DNA of 48,826 nt, taken from Acidimicrobiia bacterium (GTDB lineage Bacteria; Actinomycetota; Acidimicrobiia; Spongiisociales; SHLN01). A model generated the notes under the pieces. It did not search any database, was not told the origin of the DNA, and worked only from the letters and a program-made list of their open reading frames with translations. The translations under genes and the position numbers were made by a program. Location: contig JBFKDW010000001.1 of NCBI GenBank assembly GCA_041619515.1, forward strand, positions 79,129-127,954, written 5' to 3'. Positions 9,166 through 19,258 of the stretch are shown here, piece by piece (position 1 is the stretch's first letter; every line of letters starts with the position of its first letter).

Positions 9166-9909
9166 ATGAGCGCGCCTTCCCTCATCGCCGACATCGAGCG
9201 CGAGCTCACGGCGTCCTCCACCAAAGAGCGAGCGGTCCGTGAGAAGGCCTACCTCAAGAGTGATCTCGAGTTCATCGGCGCCACCGTCCCCACCGTCACC
9301 GGGGCCGTCCGTCGCGTGCACCGCTCGCACCCGGAGCTCGAGCGACACGCCGTCCTCCGCCTGGCACAGGGACTGTGGGACCGCGAGGTCTTCGAGCTCC
9401 GGATGGCGGCCGTCGGGATACTCGAGAGCTACAACCCGGTGCTCGAACCAGACGACCTCGGGCTTGTCGAACAGATGCTGCGGGAGTCCAAGACCTGGGC
9501 TTTGGTCGACAAGCTGGCCGTCTCGGTCGCCGGGCTGCTGATCGAGCACTTCCCGGAGCTGGGCGCCGAGCTGGACCGCTGGGCGGGCGACGCCGACTTT
9601 TGGATTCGCCGATCGGCACTCCTGGCACTTCTCAAACCGTTGCGCGCCGGCGGCGGCGATTTCGAGCGGTTCGGCCGATACGCAGATGCCATGCTCGAGG
9701 AACGGGAGTTCTTCATCCGCAAGGCGATCGGGTGGGTCCTGCGGGACACGTCACGCCGTCGGCCGGGCCTGGTTGCCGCTTGGGTGAGACCGCGCACCCA
9801 CCGGATGTCGGGGGTAACCCTGCGCGAGGCCATCAAGAAACTCGACGCGGCCGAAGCGGCCGACTTGCTCGCCGCGTACAGGGAGAAGCGGCCGGCGGGG
9901 GGAGCCTAA
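9166..9909 (+). CDS. DNA alkylation repair protein (AlkD-like HEAT repeat)
   Basis: KAYLKSDLEFIG, TWALVD, DFWIRRSALL, EFFIRKAIGWVLRD, MSGVTLREAIK. Confidence 0.9.
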   Translation: MSAPSLIADIERELTASSTKERAVREKAYLKSDLEFIGATVPTVTGAVRRVHRSHPELERHAVLRLAQGLWDREVFELRMAAVGILESYNPVLEPDDLGLVEQMLRESKTWALVDKLAVSVAGLLIEHFPELGAELDRWAGDADFWIRRSALLALLKPLRAGGGDFERFGRYADAMLEEREFFIRKAIGWVLRDTSRRRPGLVAAWVRPRTHRMSGVTLREAIKKLDAAEAADLLAAYREKRPAGGA

Positions 9910-9951
9910 GTGCTCAGGTAGGGCCTTCCAGATCCCGATACCTCATGACGC

Positions 9952-11976
9952 ATGAGCGACGTCACCGCGCCCGAGAATTCAGCGATTCGCTGGTCATCTG
10001 CCAATCCGCCGCACAAGCCGGCCGGGCGGTACATCCTCGGTCTTGGTCTGATCGCGACGATGATGATGCTCTCGACCGTTCTCGTGGCCCGGGAGCTCAG
10101 AACCCAGGCCGCCGAGGTTGGGGTCCTCAATGTTGCGGCCGACCTGCCCGGGCTCACCTACGAGATCGGGACTTCGGTGTCGCATCTGGCAGAGACGGGA
10201 GGACGGGACGAGGCGGCGGCGCAGGCCCTCGAATCAGAGATCGAGACGTTCTCTCGCGCCTATATCGGCCTGCAGTTCGGAGACCCCGCACTCGGCCTAC
10301 CGGGCGCCCCCAGCCAGGAGGTCGACCGGCTGCTGGGACTGGCGGACCCGCTCTTCAATCAGGTCGTCAACATCGCCAGATCGGCGCTGGTCGAGCTCCC
10401 CAGTCAATCGGACGCCTCGCTGCTGGCGCTGAGCTCGAGTGCCTTCCGCGCCCGCATGGAGGCGGTGGTGCAGCAGTATCAGCGGGAGGCCGAGGCTCGG
10501 GTCCAATCCATGGCCCGGCTGCAATTCCTCCTGCTCAGTGGCGGGCTCCTGCTGCTCGTAGCTGAGGCCATGTTCCTGTTTCGGCCGGCCGCCCGCAACA
10601 CTCGGCGGAGATGGCTCGAGGCAAAGGCGCGGCACAACGCCGAGCGGGAGCAGGCGCGTGCCGAGCTCGAGTATCTGGCCCAGTTCGACTCACTCACGGG
10701 ACTCCCCAACCGGGTCCTCTTCCGTGACCGGCTGGCCCAGGCCATCAAGCGAAACCATCGCTCCGGTGGCTGGACCAGCGTCCTGTTCGTCAACCTCGAC
10801 AATTTCAGCGTGGTCAACGACCAGCTGGGCCATGAGGTGGGCGATGAGCTGCTCAAGCGGGCGGCGGAGCGGCTGTCCGAGACGGTGCGGGCAGCCGACA
10901 CGGTCGCCCACCTCGGTGGTGACGAGTTCGCCATCGTGGTGGAGGGTGCCGACGACACGACCGCCGCCGAAGCCGTAGCCGACAAGACGGTAGCCGCCCT
11001 CGCCGAACCCTACCGGATCTCGGGGCGCGACCTGTACGTGTCTGCCAGCATCGGCGTAGCCGTCTTTCCCATGGACGGTGACGACGCCGATGCACTGCTG
11101 CGGGACTCAGCGCTGGCGATGTACGCGGCCAAGGACCTGGGCCGGAACGCCTTCCAGTTCTACACACCCGAGCTGCGACAGAGGACTTCCGACCGCCTGG
11201 CCCTCATCACCAGCCTTCGCACCGCCATCAACTCATCCGGACAGCTCTCGCTGTGGTATCAGCCCAAGCTGGAATTGGCCACCGGCCGTCTCACCGGAGT
11301 CGAGGCGCTGGTGCGATGGCACCATCCCGAGCATGGTCTCATCATGCCCGACAGGTTCATCCCGCTGGCGGAGGAAACGGGGCTGATCATCCCGCTCGAT
11401 CACTGGGTCATCGAGACCGCCTGCAGGCAAATGCGGACCTGGCTCGACGCCGGGGTCGACCACCTCGTGCTCTCGGTCAACGTCTCCTCCCATCAGTTCC
11501 ATCATGGAGACCTGGCCACGACCGTGGAGGACGCGCTGGGACGGGCCGGGGTCAGTCCCGATCGCCTGGAGGTGGAGGTGACCGAGGGGACCCTCATCGA
11601 AAACATCGAAGTGGCGCGCCACACTCTGGGAGGCCTGCGCGACCTCGGGATCCGAGTCTCGATCGACGACTTCGGCACCGGATACTCATCGCTCAGCTAC
11701 CTCAGCAGACTGCCCATCGACGTGCTCAAGATCGACCGGTCGTTCATCTCCTCCCTGCCGGAGGACCCCGACGATTCGGCCATCTCCGAGGCAATCGTAC
11801 GGCTCGGGCACAGCCTCAACATGGAGATCGTGGCCGAGGGGGTCGAGACCGAGGCGCAGTACCAGTTCTTGCGCAGGCTCGGGTGCGACACCGCCCAGGG
11901 ATACCATATTGCCGCGCCCCTGCCGGAGCCCGAATTCGCCGACTTTGTCGGAAACTCCGCCCGCCTCCGGACCTGA
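9952..11976 (+). CDS. membrane-bound GGDEF-EAL protein (c-di-GMP turnover)
   Basis: Two TM helices flanking a helical sensor region; DSLTGLPNR, HLGGDEF, YQPK, VEALVRW, DDFGTGYSSLSYL, KIDRSF, AEGVET. Confidence 0.95.
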   Translation: MSDVTAPENSAIRWSSANPPHKPAGRYILGLGLIATMMMLSTVLVARELRTQAAEVGVLNVAADLPGLTYEIGTSVSHLAETGGRDEAAAQALESEIETFSRAYIGLQFGDPALGLPGAPSQEVDRLLGLADPLFNQVVNIARSALVELPSQSDASLLALSSSAFRARMEAVVQQYQREAEARVQSMARLQFLLLSGGLLLLVAEAMFLFRPAARNTRRRWLEAKARHNAEREQARAELEYLAQFDSLTGLPNRVLFRDRLAQAIKRNHRSGGWTSVLFVNLDNFSVVNDQLGHEVGDELLKRAAERLSETVRAADTVAHLGGDEFAIVVEGADDTTAAEAVADKTVAALAEPYRISGRDLYVSASIGVAVFPMDGDDADALLRDSALAMYAAKDLGRNAFQFYTPELRQRTSDRLALITSLRTAINSSGQLSLWYQPKLELATGRLTGVEALVRWHHPEHGLIMPDRFIPLAEETGLIIPLDHWVIETACRQMRTWLDAGVDHLVLSVNVSSHQFHHGDLATTVEDALGRAGVSPDRLEVEVTEGTLIENIEVARHTLGGLRDLGIRVSIDDFGTGYSSLSYLSRLPIDVLKIDRSFISSLPEDPDDSAISEAIVRLGHSLNMEIVAEGVETEAQYQFLRRLGCDTAQGYHIAAPLPEPEFADFVGNSARLRT

Positions 11977-12032
11977 CAGCCCGCTCGGAAGACCCCGGGC
12001 GCTCTACTGAAGTTGCGTCTACCCTGATCGAC

Positions 12033-12758
12033 ATGAGCGCGCGCGGCAAGGGGCAAAAGCCAGACCTGGTGGATCAAGCCGCCATCGCCGAGCGGCTCGG
12101 CGTTGGCACCTCCACTGTCTCGCGCTGGTTCCGGCGCTCGGTCCTGCCTCCCCCCGACCTCCGCGTCGGAACCACCGACCTGTGGTTCTGGGAGGCCGTG
12201 CACAAGTGGGCAGGCCAGCGCAGCAGGTCGATCTGGTTTCGAAAGACCCGTACCCGTCGCACCCCGCCGGATGTCGTGGACCTGGTAGAGCTCGCGTCGC
12301 GCCTCGGAGTCTCCAGCCGAACGGCTGCCACCTGGCAGCGCTCCGAGCTGCTGCCGAAGCCCGACTACGAGTGGGAGACCACCCAGGCCTGGCTGTGGAC
12401 GACCATTGAGCGCTGGTCGGTGCGTGGAGCCGGACGTATCCCCGGGCTGTTCCGGCCCGATGAGCCCGCCCCGGTGCCGAGTGTCCGTGAACCGAGCGGT
12501 CCTCGCCTCTCCGGGCGGGTTGGATCCGACACGGCGGAGGCACCCTCCGCGTCTACGGCACGATCGTCGGCTGCCGGCGACGACGGTGGCACCGTTGTCA
12601 TCCGGCCTGTTGCCACCCCCAAACCGGGGGCAACCCGGATCGAGGCGGCCGACGTCACGCCGGCCCGTGAGCGGAGCGCAGATCCGATCGGGGACATCGA
12701 TCGCATCCAGAAGTATTTCGCGGCCATGGCCGAGACATGGGGTGCCCCCGTTTCCTGA
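12033..12758 (+). CDS. protein with two tandem AlpA/excisionase-like (MerR-superfamily) HTH domains and a low-complexity tail
   Basis: Repeats DLVDQAAIAERLGVGTSTVSRW..LPPPD...WFWEAVHKWA and DVVDLVELASRLGVSSRTAATW..LPKPD...WLWTTIERWS. TACCCT (12020-12025) lies 7 nt before the ATG. Confidence 0.72.
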   Translation: MSARGKGQKPDLVDQAAIAERLGVGTSTVSRWFRRSVLPPPDLRVGTTDLWFWEAVHKWAGQRSRSIWFRKTRTRRTPPDVVDLVELASRLGVSSRTAATWQRSELLPKPDYEWETTQAWLWTTIERWSVRGAGRIPGLFRPDEPAPVPSVREPSGPRLSGRVGSDTAEAPSASTARSSAAGDDGGTVVIRPVATPKPGATRIEAADVTPARERSADPIGDIDRIQKYFAAMAETWGAPVS

Positions 12759-12771
12759 GTGCCGCTGAGGC

Positions 12772-14703
12772 TCAGACGTCGATGCGCGGCGTGGGCGGGG
12801 GGCTGGTGGGTATCGCCGGAGGGTCGATCCACATCTGGAACCATTGCTCGAGAACAAACAACATGAACACCTCGGCGTTGTGGCGGTTGCCGCCCCCGTA
12901 GTGCTGGTCGAGCAGGGTCCGGACTTTGGCCGAGTCGAGGAGGCCACGGCCGGTGGCGGCAGGGGCGAGCACCACGTCCCGGATCATGCTCTCCCGGGCG
13001 CTCAGGAAGGCGAAGTCCATGAAGAACCCCTGCTTCGGTCGGTACATGACCTCCTTGGGGACCCGGGGCAACAGGGCCTTCTTGAGCAACGACTTGAGCT
13101 CCATGCCCTGCATCCGCTGCTGTGGCGGGATGGCCGCCGCCCACTCCAGGAACTTGTGGTCGAGGAACGGGGATCGCCCTTCCAGGCCGTTTGCCATCGT
13201 GGCTATGTCGACCCGTACCTCGAGGTTCTCGTTCAGAAGTGCCTGCATGTCCGCTCGGGAGGCTGCGTCCTCGGGACGGATGGCGCCTGCGAAGTACGGG
13301 GAGAAGCGCTCGACCGCAGTGCGATAGAGCCGTTCGCGGGTGTCGGGAGTGGCGAGCACGTCGAGCATGTCGTCGGTCCCATACGTCACCCAATCGGTAT
13401 AGCGCTCGACGGGCGTTCGTGCCGCTCCCGCCAGTGCCTTGCCGATGTTGCGCACGGTTCGGCTGTGGCTCTGGAGCAGCCTGGGATTGCGCCCCACCGC
13501 CGAGATCATGCGCCGCACCGGCAGCGGAATGTGGTCGATCCTCGCCCCCATGCGCGAAGCGGCGTGGCGGCGATAGCCGAGAAACGCCTCATCGCCGCCG
13601 TCACCGTTGAGGGCGACGGTCACGTCCCGCCGTGCAATCGCCGAAATGCAGTAGGTGGGAATCGTCACCTCATCGGCGTAGGGCTCGCCGTAGAACCAGG
13701 CGAGGCTGTGGGTGATGGCGTCGACGTCGGGGCTGATGACGTACTCGGTGTGATGGGTTCCGTAGAGATCGGCGACCATCCGAGCGTACTTCCGCTCATC
13801 GATGCCGCTGGCGGCTTCGAACCCGACGGTGAAGGTGCGGACCGGTTCCGGGGACGCCAGCGCCATCGAAGCAACGACCGCCGAGGAGTCGACTCCCCCG
13901 GACAGGAAGGCGCCGAGCGGCACGTCGGAGATCATGCGCATCCGGGTCGCTTCATCCAGGTGATCCAGGAGCTCGGCCTCGAGCGCCTCCTGGTCTCGTG
14001 GCGAGCCCGAACCGGGTTCCGGGAGCTGCCAGTACCTGCGCTTGTCGATCCGGCCGGCGTGATCGATCGTGAGATAGTGGGCCGGTTCCAGGCGGTGGAC
14101 TCCTTCGAACGCGGTGTCGGTGCCCGGTACGTACCGGAACAGGAAGTACTGCTCGAGGGCGTCGAGGTTGGCGGCCCGCTGGAACCCCGGCCAGCGAAGC
14201 AAGGCCTTGATCTCCGACCCGAAGACGAAGCTCGAACCCGCCCAGCCGTAGTTGAGCGGCTTCTGTCCGATTCGGTCACGGGCCAGGAGCATGCGGTCCC
14301 CGTTGCCGTCCCAGATGGCGAAGGCGAACATGCCCCGCAGCCGGGCGACCACCCCGTCACCCCACTGCATGTAGCCGCGCAGGATCACCTCGGTGTCCGA
14401 CGTGCTCTTGAAATGATGTCCGAGCCCGATGAGCTCCTCCCGCAGCTGCGGGAAGTTGTAGATCTCGCCGTTGAATACGAGCCGGACGGCATCGGCCTCG
14501 TCGACCATCGGCTGGTGTGCGGCGTAGGAGAGGTCGAGAATGGAAAGCCTGGTGTGACCGAGGGCAATGCGGCCATCGGACCAGCTGCCGATGTCGTCCG
14601 GCCCGCGGTGGCGCAGCATTTCGGCCATATGGCGCACGTGGGCGTCGATCGTCTCCGGGGACCCGATCGGCTCCGGTGACCACACTCCCGCTATTCCACA
14701 CAT
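12772..14703 (-). CDS. asnB: asparagine synthase (glutamine-hydrolysing)-family amidotransferase
   Basis: MCGIAG, HRGPD, FNGEIYN, RDRIGQKPL, LSGGVDSS, GDGGDE, RSPFLD. Confidence 0.93.
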   Translation of the reverse strand: MCGIAGVWSPEPIGSPETIDAHVRHMAEMLRHRGPDDIGSWSDGRIALGHTRLSILDLSYAAHQPMVDEADAVRLVFNGEIYNFPQLREELIGLGHHFKSTSDTEVILRGYMQWGDGVVARLRGMFAFAIWDGNGDRMLLARDRIGQKPLNYGWAGSSFVFGSEIKALLRWPGFQRAANLDALEQYFLFRYVPGTDTAFEGVHRLEPAHYLTIDHAGRIDKRRYWQLPEPGSGSPRDQEALEAELLDHLDEATRMRMISDVPLGAFLSGGVDSSAVVASMALASPEPVRTFTVGFEAASGIDERKYARMVADLYGTHHTEYVISPDVDAITHSLAWFYGEPYADEVTIPTYCISAIARRDVTVALNGDGGDEAFLGYRRHAASRMGARIDHIPLPVRRMISAVGRNPRLLQSHSRTVRNIGKALAGAARTPVERYTDWVTYGTDDMLDVLATPDTRERLYRTAVERFSPYFAGAIRPEDAASRADMQALLNENLEVRVDIATMANGLEGRSPFLDHKFLEWAAAIPPQQRMQGMELKSLLKKALLPRVPKEVMYRPKQGFFMDFAFLSARESMIRDVVLAPAATGRGLLDSAKVRTLLDQHYGGGNRHNAEVFMLFVLEQWFQMWIDPPAIPTSPPPTPRIDV

Positions 14704-15022
14704 ATGCTCACCTGCCGCTCTTGCTGACCATGCCGTCTCGCCCCTATTCGTCGGTCGAAACCGGCCGCGGCTTGATAATCATGGCACACCCGGGGGTGAA
14801 CGCCGCCGGCACCGGGTCCGGTTTCCGGCCGGGGGGACGGGTCCTCGGTCCGTCCCGCCGGGCGGTCACCTCGACCCGGAGAGTCTCCTGCACCGCAGAG
14901 AGTTCGTCCCGCAAGATCCTCGGCACAGTGCTGGGGCACGCTTATAGTGCTGCTAGATTGTCACGGTGGGTGGAGCGGACTTCCCGGGTCTCGAGCTCCT
15001 CCATCCCGGTTGGGAGGGCACG

Positions 15023-15808
15023 ATGCTGCGTGCCGAGGACACGAAGAGGCGGAGACGAATGCAAGGCAACGGGTCATCGGGGGCGTCCGCGCACTCACCG
15101 GGGAACACGACCGAGGCGGTGCGGCTGGCGCCCGCCCGCCGCAGGGTCCTCTATGAAGTCCGCTACGTCTGCAAGCGGGCACTCGATATCGGGTTGAGCC
15201 TGGCGCTCCTCATCGCGACGGCCCCGGCGCTTGCCGTAATCGCACTGGCAATCAAGCTGGACAGTCGCGGTCCTGTCATCTTCGTGCAGGAGCGGGCCGG
15301 GTCGGCTCGCCTCGCCCGCCGCGGTCAGACATGGTGGGAACCGCGCACGTTTCGCTGCTACAAGTTCCGCTCGATGGTGGCAGATGCGGACGACGCCACC
15401 CACCAGAGCTACATCAGTCGTTTCGTGAACGGGAAACTCGACAGGTCCTCCTCCGGCTTCAAGTTGACCGGCGACGCCCGGGTGACACGGGTCGGACGGA
15501 TTCTTCGCCGGTCCAGCCTCGACGAGCTGCCACAGCTGGTCAACGTGCTCAAAGGGGAGATGAGCCTGGTGGGGCCGCGACCCGTGCCGCTGTACGAGGT
15601 CGCCGAATACGAGCCGTGGCACTACGAGCGACTTGCCGCCCTGCCCGGCATCACCGGTGTCTGGCAGGTGTACGGGCGAGGACGGGTCACCTTCACCGAG
15701 ATGATGCAGATGGACATCGGCTACGTCCGCCGGCCCTCGATCACCCACGACTTGAAGCTGCTCGCTCGAACACTGCCGGCGGTCCTCGCCGGCAAGGGAG
15801 CCCGCTAG
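15023..15808 (+). CDS. priming sugar transferase (bacterial phosphoglycosyl transferase)
   Basis: KRALD, single [59 protein letters not shown] precedes ATG 15023 (alternative starts 14966, 15059). Confidence 0.93.
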   Translation: MLRAEDTKRRRRMQGNGSSGASAHSPGNTTEAVRLAPARRRVLYEVRYVCKRALDIGLSLALLIATAPALAVIALAIKLDSRGPVIFVQERAGSARLARRGQTWWEPRTFRCYKFRSMVADADDATHQSYISRFVNGKLDRSSSGFKLTGDARVTRVGRILRRSSLDELPQLVNVLKGEMSLVGPRPVPLYEVAEYEPWHYERLAALPGITGVWQVYGRGRVTFTEMMQMDIGYVRRPSITHDLKLLARTLPAVLAGKGAR

Positions 15809-15810
15809 CG

Positions 15811-16902
15811 ATGACCGGGAGCGAAACTCATCATTTGGGTCCGGACATCGGCACTGCTTCGTTGGGGGTGGGCGTGGTCGGCTGCGGGTACTGGGGTGTC
15901 AACTACTTGCGAGTCCTCACCGAGCTGGCCGACGTGGCCTCGATAACCGCATACGAACACGACCCGGTCCGCCGCAAGGCCGTCACCGAGCGGTTCCGGG
16001 ACGTCACCCTGGCGAGGGATCTCGATGATCTGCTGGCCTCACCGGACACCGACGCAGTGGTCATCTGCACGCCGGCCAGCTCCCACTACGACGTCACCCG
16101 GCGATGCCTGGAGGCCGGGAAGCATGTGCTGGTCGAGAAGCCGATCACAACTCGCGCCGAAGAGGCAGCCGAACTGTTGGCGCTCGCCGATGAGCGTGAA
16201 CTGACGTTGGCGGTCGGCCATACGTTCCTGTACAACGCCGGAATCCAGAAAGTGAAAGGATATGTGCGCGACGGCGAGCTCGGCAGCCTGTATTACATGT
16301 ACTCGCGGCGCACCAATCTCGGGCCGATTCGCCACGACGTCAACGCGCTCTGGGACCTGGCCCCGCACGACATCTCCATCTTCAACTACCTCCTGGAATC
16401 TCCGCCCGCCTGGGTGAGCGCCGTCGGCCGGACCGTGCTGCGCGACACCAACGAGGACTTCGGGTTCGTCTCCATCGGATACCAGAACGGCGTCGTCGCC
16501 CATATCCACGTCAGCTGGGCCGACCCCAACAAGGTGCGCGAGGTGGTAGTCGTCGGCAGCAAGCAGCGCATCGTCTTCGACGACATCAAGACGTCGGAGC
16601 AGGTGCGGGTGTACGAGAAGGGCGTGACGCCGAATCCTGACGAGGTCTCCTCATTCGGGGAATTCCACTTCTCGATTCGTGACGGCGACATCATCAGCCC
16701 CAAGGTCGATGTGAGCGAGCCCCTCAAGAACCAGTGCCGGGATTTCCTCGAGTGCGTCGCCTCCGGCCGCCGTCCACTGTCGGACGGATGGACCGGGTTG
16801 GCGGTGGTCGAAGTGATGGAAGCCATCGACCGCTCCATCGCCCTCAACGGAGCACCGGTGCCCGTCGGTGCGAGAACACCATCGCGCTCGAAGGCAAGCT
16901 GA
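15811..16902 (+). CDS. Gfo/Idh/MocA-family oxidoreductase (NDP-sugar dehydrogenase)
   Basis: GVVGCGYWG, HVLVEKP, GHTFLYN, LWDLAPHD. Confidence 0.92.
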   Translation: MTGSETHHLGPDIGTASLGVGVVGCGYWGVNYLRVLTELADVASITAYEHDPVRRKAVTERFRDVTLARDLDDLLASPDTDAVVICTPASSHYDVTRRCLEAGKHVLVEKPITTRAEEAAELLALADERELTLAVGHTFLYNAGIQKVKGYVRDGELGSLYYMYSRRTNLGPIRHDVNALWDLAPHDISIFNYLLESPPAWVSAVGRTVLRDTNEDFGFVSIGYQNGVVAHIHVSWADPNKVREVVVVGSKQRIVFDDIKTSEQVRVYEKGVTPNPDEVSSFGEFHFSIRDGDIISPKVDVSEPLKNQCRDFLECVASGRRPLSDGWTGLAVVEVMEAIDRSIALNGAPVPVGARTPSRSKAS

Positions 16903-16904
16903 CC

Positions 16905-18062
16905 ATGAGCAACCGGGCCCCGGTTCCGTTCGTCGACCTGGGCGCCCAGCTCAGCCAGATCCGCCCCGACATCGATGCCGCCATTGCCGGCGTGCTCGAG
17001 CGGGGTGACTACATACTGGGGGCCAGTGTCGAGCGGTTCGAGGAGGAGTTCGCCGCGTACTGCCAGACCCGGTTCGCGGTCGGGGTCGATTCCGGCACCT
17101 CAGGCCTGGAGCTGGCACTCACCGCCTGCGGGGTCGGGGCCGGCCACGAGGTGATCACGGCGGCCAACACGTTCATAGCCACGGCCCTGGCGATCAGCCA
17201 CGCTGGCGCCCGGCCGGTGCTCGTCGACCTTGCCCCGGGCACCTTCAACATGGATCCCGCCGCCGTCGAGCGAGCGATCACACCCGACACCAGGGCGATC
17301 GTGCCCGTCCACCTGTACGGCTACCCGGCGGACATGGCACCACTGATGGAAATCGCCCGGCGGCACGGGCTGGCCGTCGTCGAGGACGCCTCCCAGGCTC
17401 ACGGTGCACGGTACGGCGGCAATCGGGTGGGGACCTTCGGCGACGCAGCCGCGTTCAGCCTGTACCCGGCCAAGAACCTGGGAGCACTCGGGGACGCCGG
17501 TGTCGTGGTGACCAACGATCCCGACATCGCCGACGCCCTGCGTTTGGCCCGTAACTACGGATCACCCGTCAAATACCACCACGTGAGCAAGGGCCACAAT
17601 CGAAGGCTCGACACGCTACAGGCCGCAGTGCTGCGGGTGAAGCTGCCCTACCTCGACGACTGGAACCGGCGACGACGTGCCAACGCCGCCGCCTACAACC
17701 GGCTGCTGGGCGACAGCGAAGGGGTCCTAGCTCCCCCTGGAGACGGCGTGGGAGCCGAGGCGGTCTACCACCTCTATGTCATCCGGTGCGAACAGCGTGA
17801 CCGGCTGCAACGGCACCTGTCGAACGAGGGCATCTCGACCGTCATCCACTATCCGGTGCCCATCCACCTGCAGCCGGCGTATGCCGACCTCGGCCACAGC
17901 AGGGGCGACTTCCCGATCGCAGAGCAGTATGCGAGGGAGGTCCTTTCCCTCCCGATGTACCCAGAGCTCGCCGAGGCAGGCATCGAACGGGTGGCCGCTG
18001 CCATCGAGCGCTTCCCGGCGAACCTACGCTCGATGTCCTACACGGTGCCGGCTGTCATATGA
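16905..18062 (+). CDS. DegT/DnrJ/EryC1/StrS NDP-sugar aminotransferase
   Basis: VPFVDL, PVHLYG, EDASQAHGA, FSLYPAKNLGALGDAG, RLDTLQAA, LSLPMYP. Confidence 0.95.
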   Translation: MSNRAPVPFVDLGAQLSQIRPDIDAAIAGVLERGDYILGASVERFEEEFAAYCQTRFAVGVDSGTSGLELALTACGVGAGHEVITAANTFIATALAISHAGARPVLVDLAPGTFNMDPAAVERAITPDTRAIVPVHLYGYPADMAPLMEIARRHGLAVVEDASQAHGARYGGNRVGTFGDAAAFSLYPAKNLGALGDAGVVVTNDPDIADALRLARNYGSPVKYHHVSKGHNRRLDTLQAAVLRVKLPYLDDWNRRRRANAAAYNRLLGDSEGVLAPPGDGVGAEAVYHLYVIRCEQRDRLQRHLSNEGISTVIHYPVPIHLQPAYADLGHSRGDFPIAEQYAREVLSLPMYPELAEAGIERVAAAIERFPANLRSMSYTVPAVI

Positions 18063-19258
18063 CCCGCTCGCCCCGGGACTTCCGGGTCTCTTCTGATCTC
18101 CCAGCGGCCGCCGGCGACCGCGGTCACCGTCCCGATTGCCTGGCGGCGGCTCACCAACTCCACGGCTACCTGGTGGCGGCCCACTGGACGCCCGACGGAG
18201 TGCTGGCCGGGCCCGATCCCGGCATCAGATTCAACGCCCGGGTGGGTAGATTCGCCAAGAGCTACAGCCGCCGGCTCCCGTGGACCGACGATCTCGTCTA
18301 TTTACAGGCACAGGGATACTGGATTCTCGACAACTGGCTGCTCCACGACGCCACCTCCCAGGACCGGTACGAGCAGCTGGCGGTGCGGACATCGGAGTCC
18401 GTCCTGGGCCTGCAGCACGACGACGGGCACTGGGCCTATCCAAACCCCGAGTGGAGTGGACGCGTGGCCACCGTTGAGGGCTGCTTCGCCGCCCTCGGCC
18501 TGCTCGAGAGCTATGCACGGACCGGCCGGACCGAGTTCCTCGACGGCGCCACCCGCTGGCACTCGTATCTGCGGGGCGCCATCGGATTCCGGTCACAGCC
18601 TCGCGCCGGGATGCTGGCAGTCAACTATTTCGCACACTCCCCGGGGAACGGGGGCGGGGTCCCGAACAACAGCACGCTCCTCCTGTGGACCGCAGCCCGC
18701 CTGGCCGAGGTGACCGGAGACCAGGACTTTCTCCGCGAGGCCCCCGACATGCTCCGCTGGCTCGAACACGTTCAGCAGCCCGATGGCGAGCTGCCGTACG
18801 CCGTCGGAGCCCATGCGGGCCGAACGCGGGTTCATTTTCTGTGCTACCAGTACAACGCGTTCGAATTCATGGACCTGGTCCACTATCACCGGATCACCGG
18901 CGACCCGGGCGCCCTGCCGGTGCTGGAGGGTCTGGCTGCGTATCTCACCGGCGGCCTGGTCGGCGGGACGGCCCGCTACGACTGCACGCACCTGAAGCCC
19001 GAGGTCGCCTACTACGCGACCGCCGTCGCTCGAGCTCTCAGCCAGGCGCACGGCCTGGGGATGGCAGACGGCAGCGCCGAGGTGGCTGCCGCCTACCGCC
19101 GCACCCTGGCGCATCAGGAAGCCGACGGCAGCTTCGCGTTCCACTCACGAAACAACTACCGCTTCCTCACCGACCGGCGATCGTACCCGCGGTACCTCTC
19201 GATGATGCTCCATCACCTCCTGCTCGAGGGGCTCGGGCCCCGGGAGGGCACGCCATGA
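18059..19258 (+). CDS. hypothetical protein, probable alpha/alpha-barrel (prenyltransferase/glycosidase-like repeats)
   Basis: Repeated QxxDGxW/F/L motifs (QHDDGHW, QQPDGEL, QEADGSF). ATGA-coupled on both sides within the sugar operon. Confidence 0.7.
   Translation: MTRSPRDFRVSSDLPAAAGDRGHRPDCLAAAHQLHGYLVAAHWTPDGVLAGPDPGIRFNARVGRFAKSYSRRLPWTDDLVYLQAQGYWILDNWLLHDATSQDRYEQLAVRTSESVLGLQHDDGHWAYPNPEWSGRVATVEGCFAALGLLESYARTGRTEFLDGATRWHSYLRGAIGFRSQPRAGMLAVNYFAHSPGNGGGVPNNSTLLLWTAARLAEVTGDQDFLREAPDMLRWLEHVQQPDGELPYAVGAHAGRTRVHFLCYQYNAFEFMDLVHYHRITGDPGALPVLEGLAAYLTGGLVGGTARYDCTHLKPEVAYYATAVARALSQAHGLGMADGSAEVAAAYRRTLAHQEADGSFAFHSRNNYRFLTDRRSYPRYLSMMLHHLLLEGLGPREGTP

Noticed and set aside
12844..14679. 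Long antisense ORFs (e.g. 611 aa opposite asnB, 493 aa opposite thrS, 513 aa opposite wzy)
   Set aside because: Shadow frames typical of high-GC codon bias; no motifs.
14704..15022. GC-rich hairpin (GGGACGG/CCGTCCC) in the asnB/sugar-transferase intergenic region as a riboswitch
   Set aside because: No recognisable aptamer consensus; such stems are expected by chance at this GC content.
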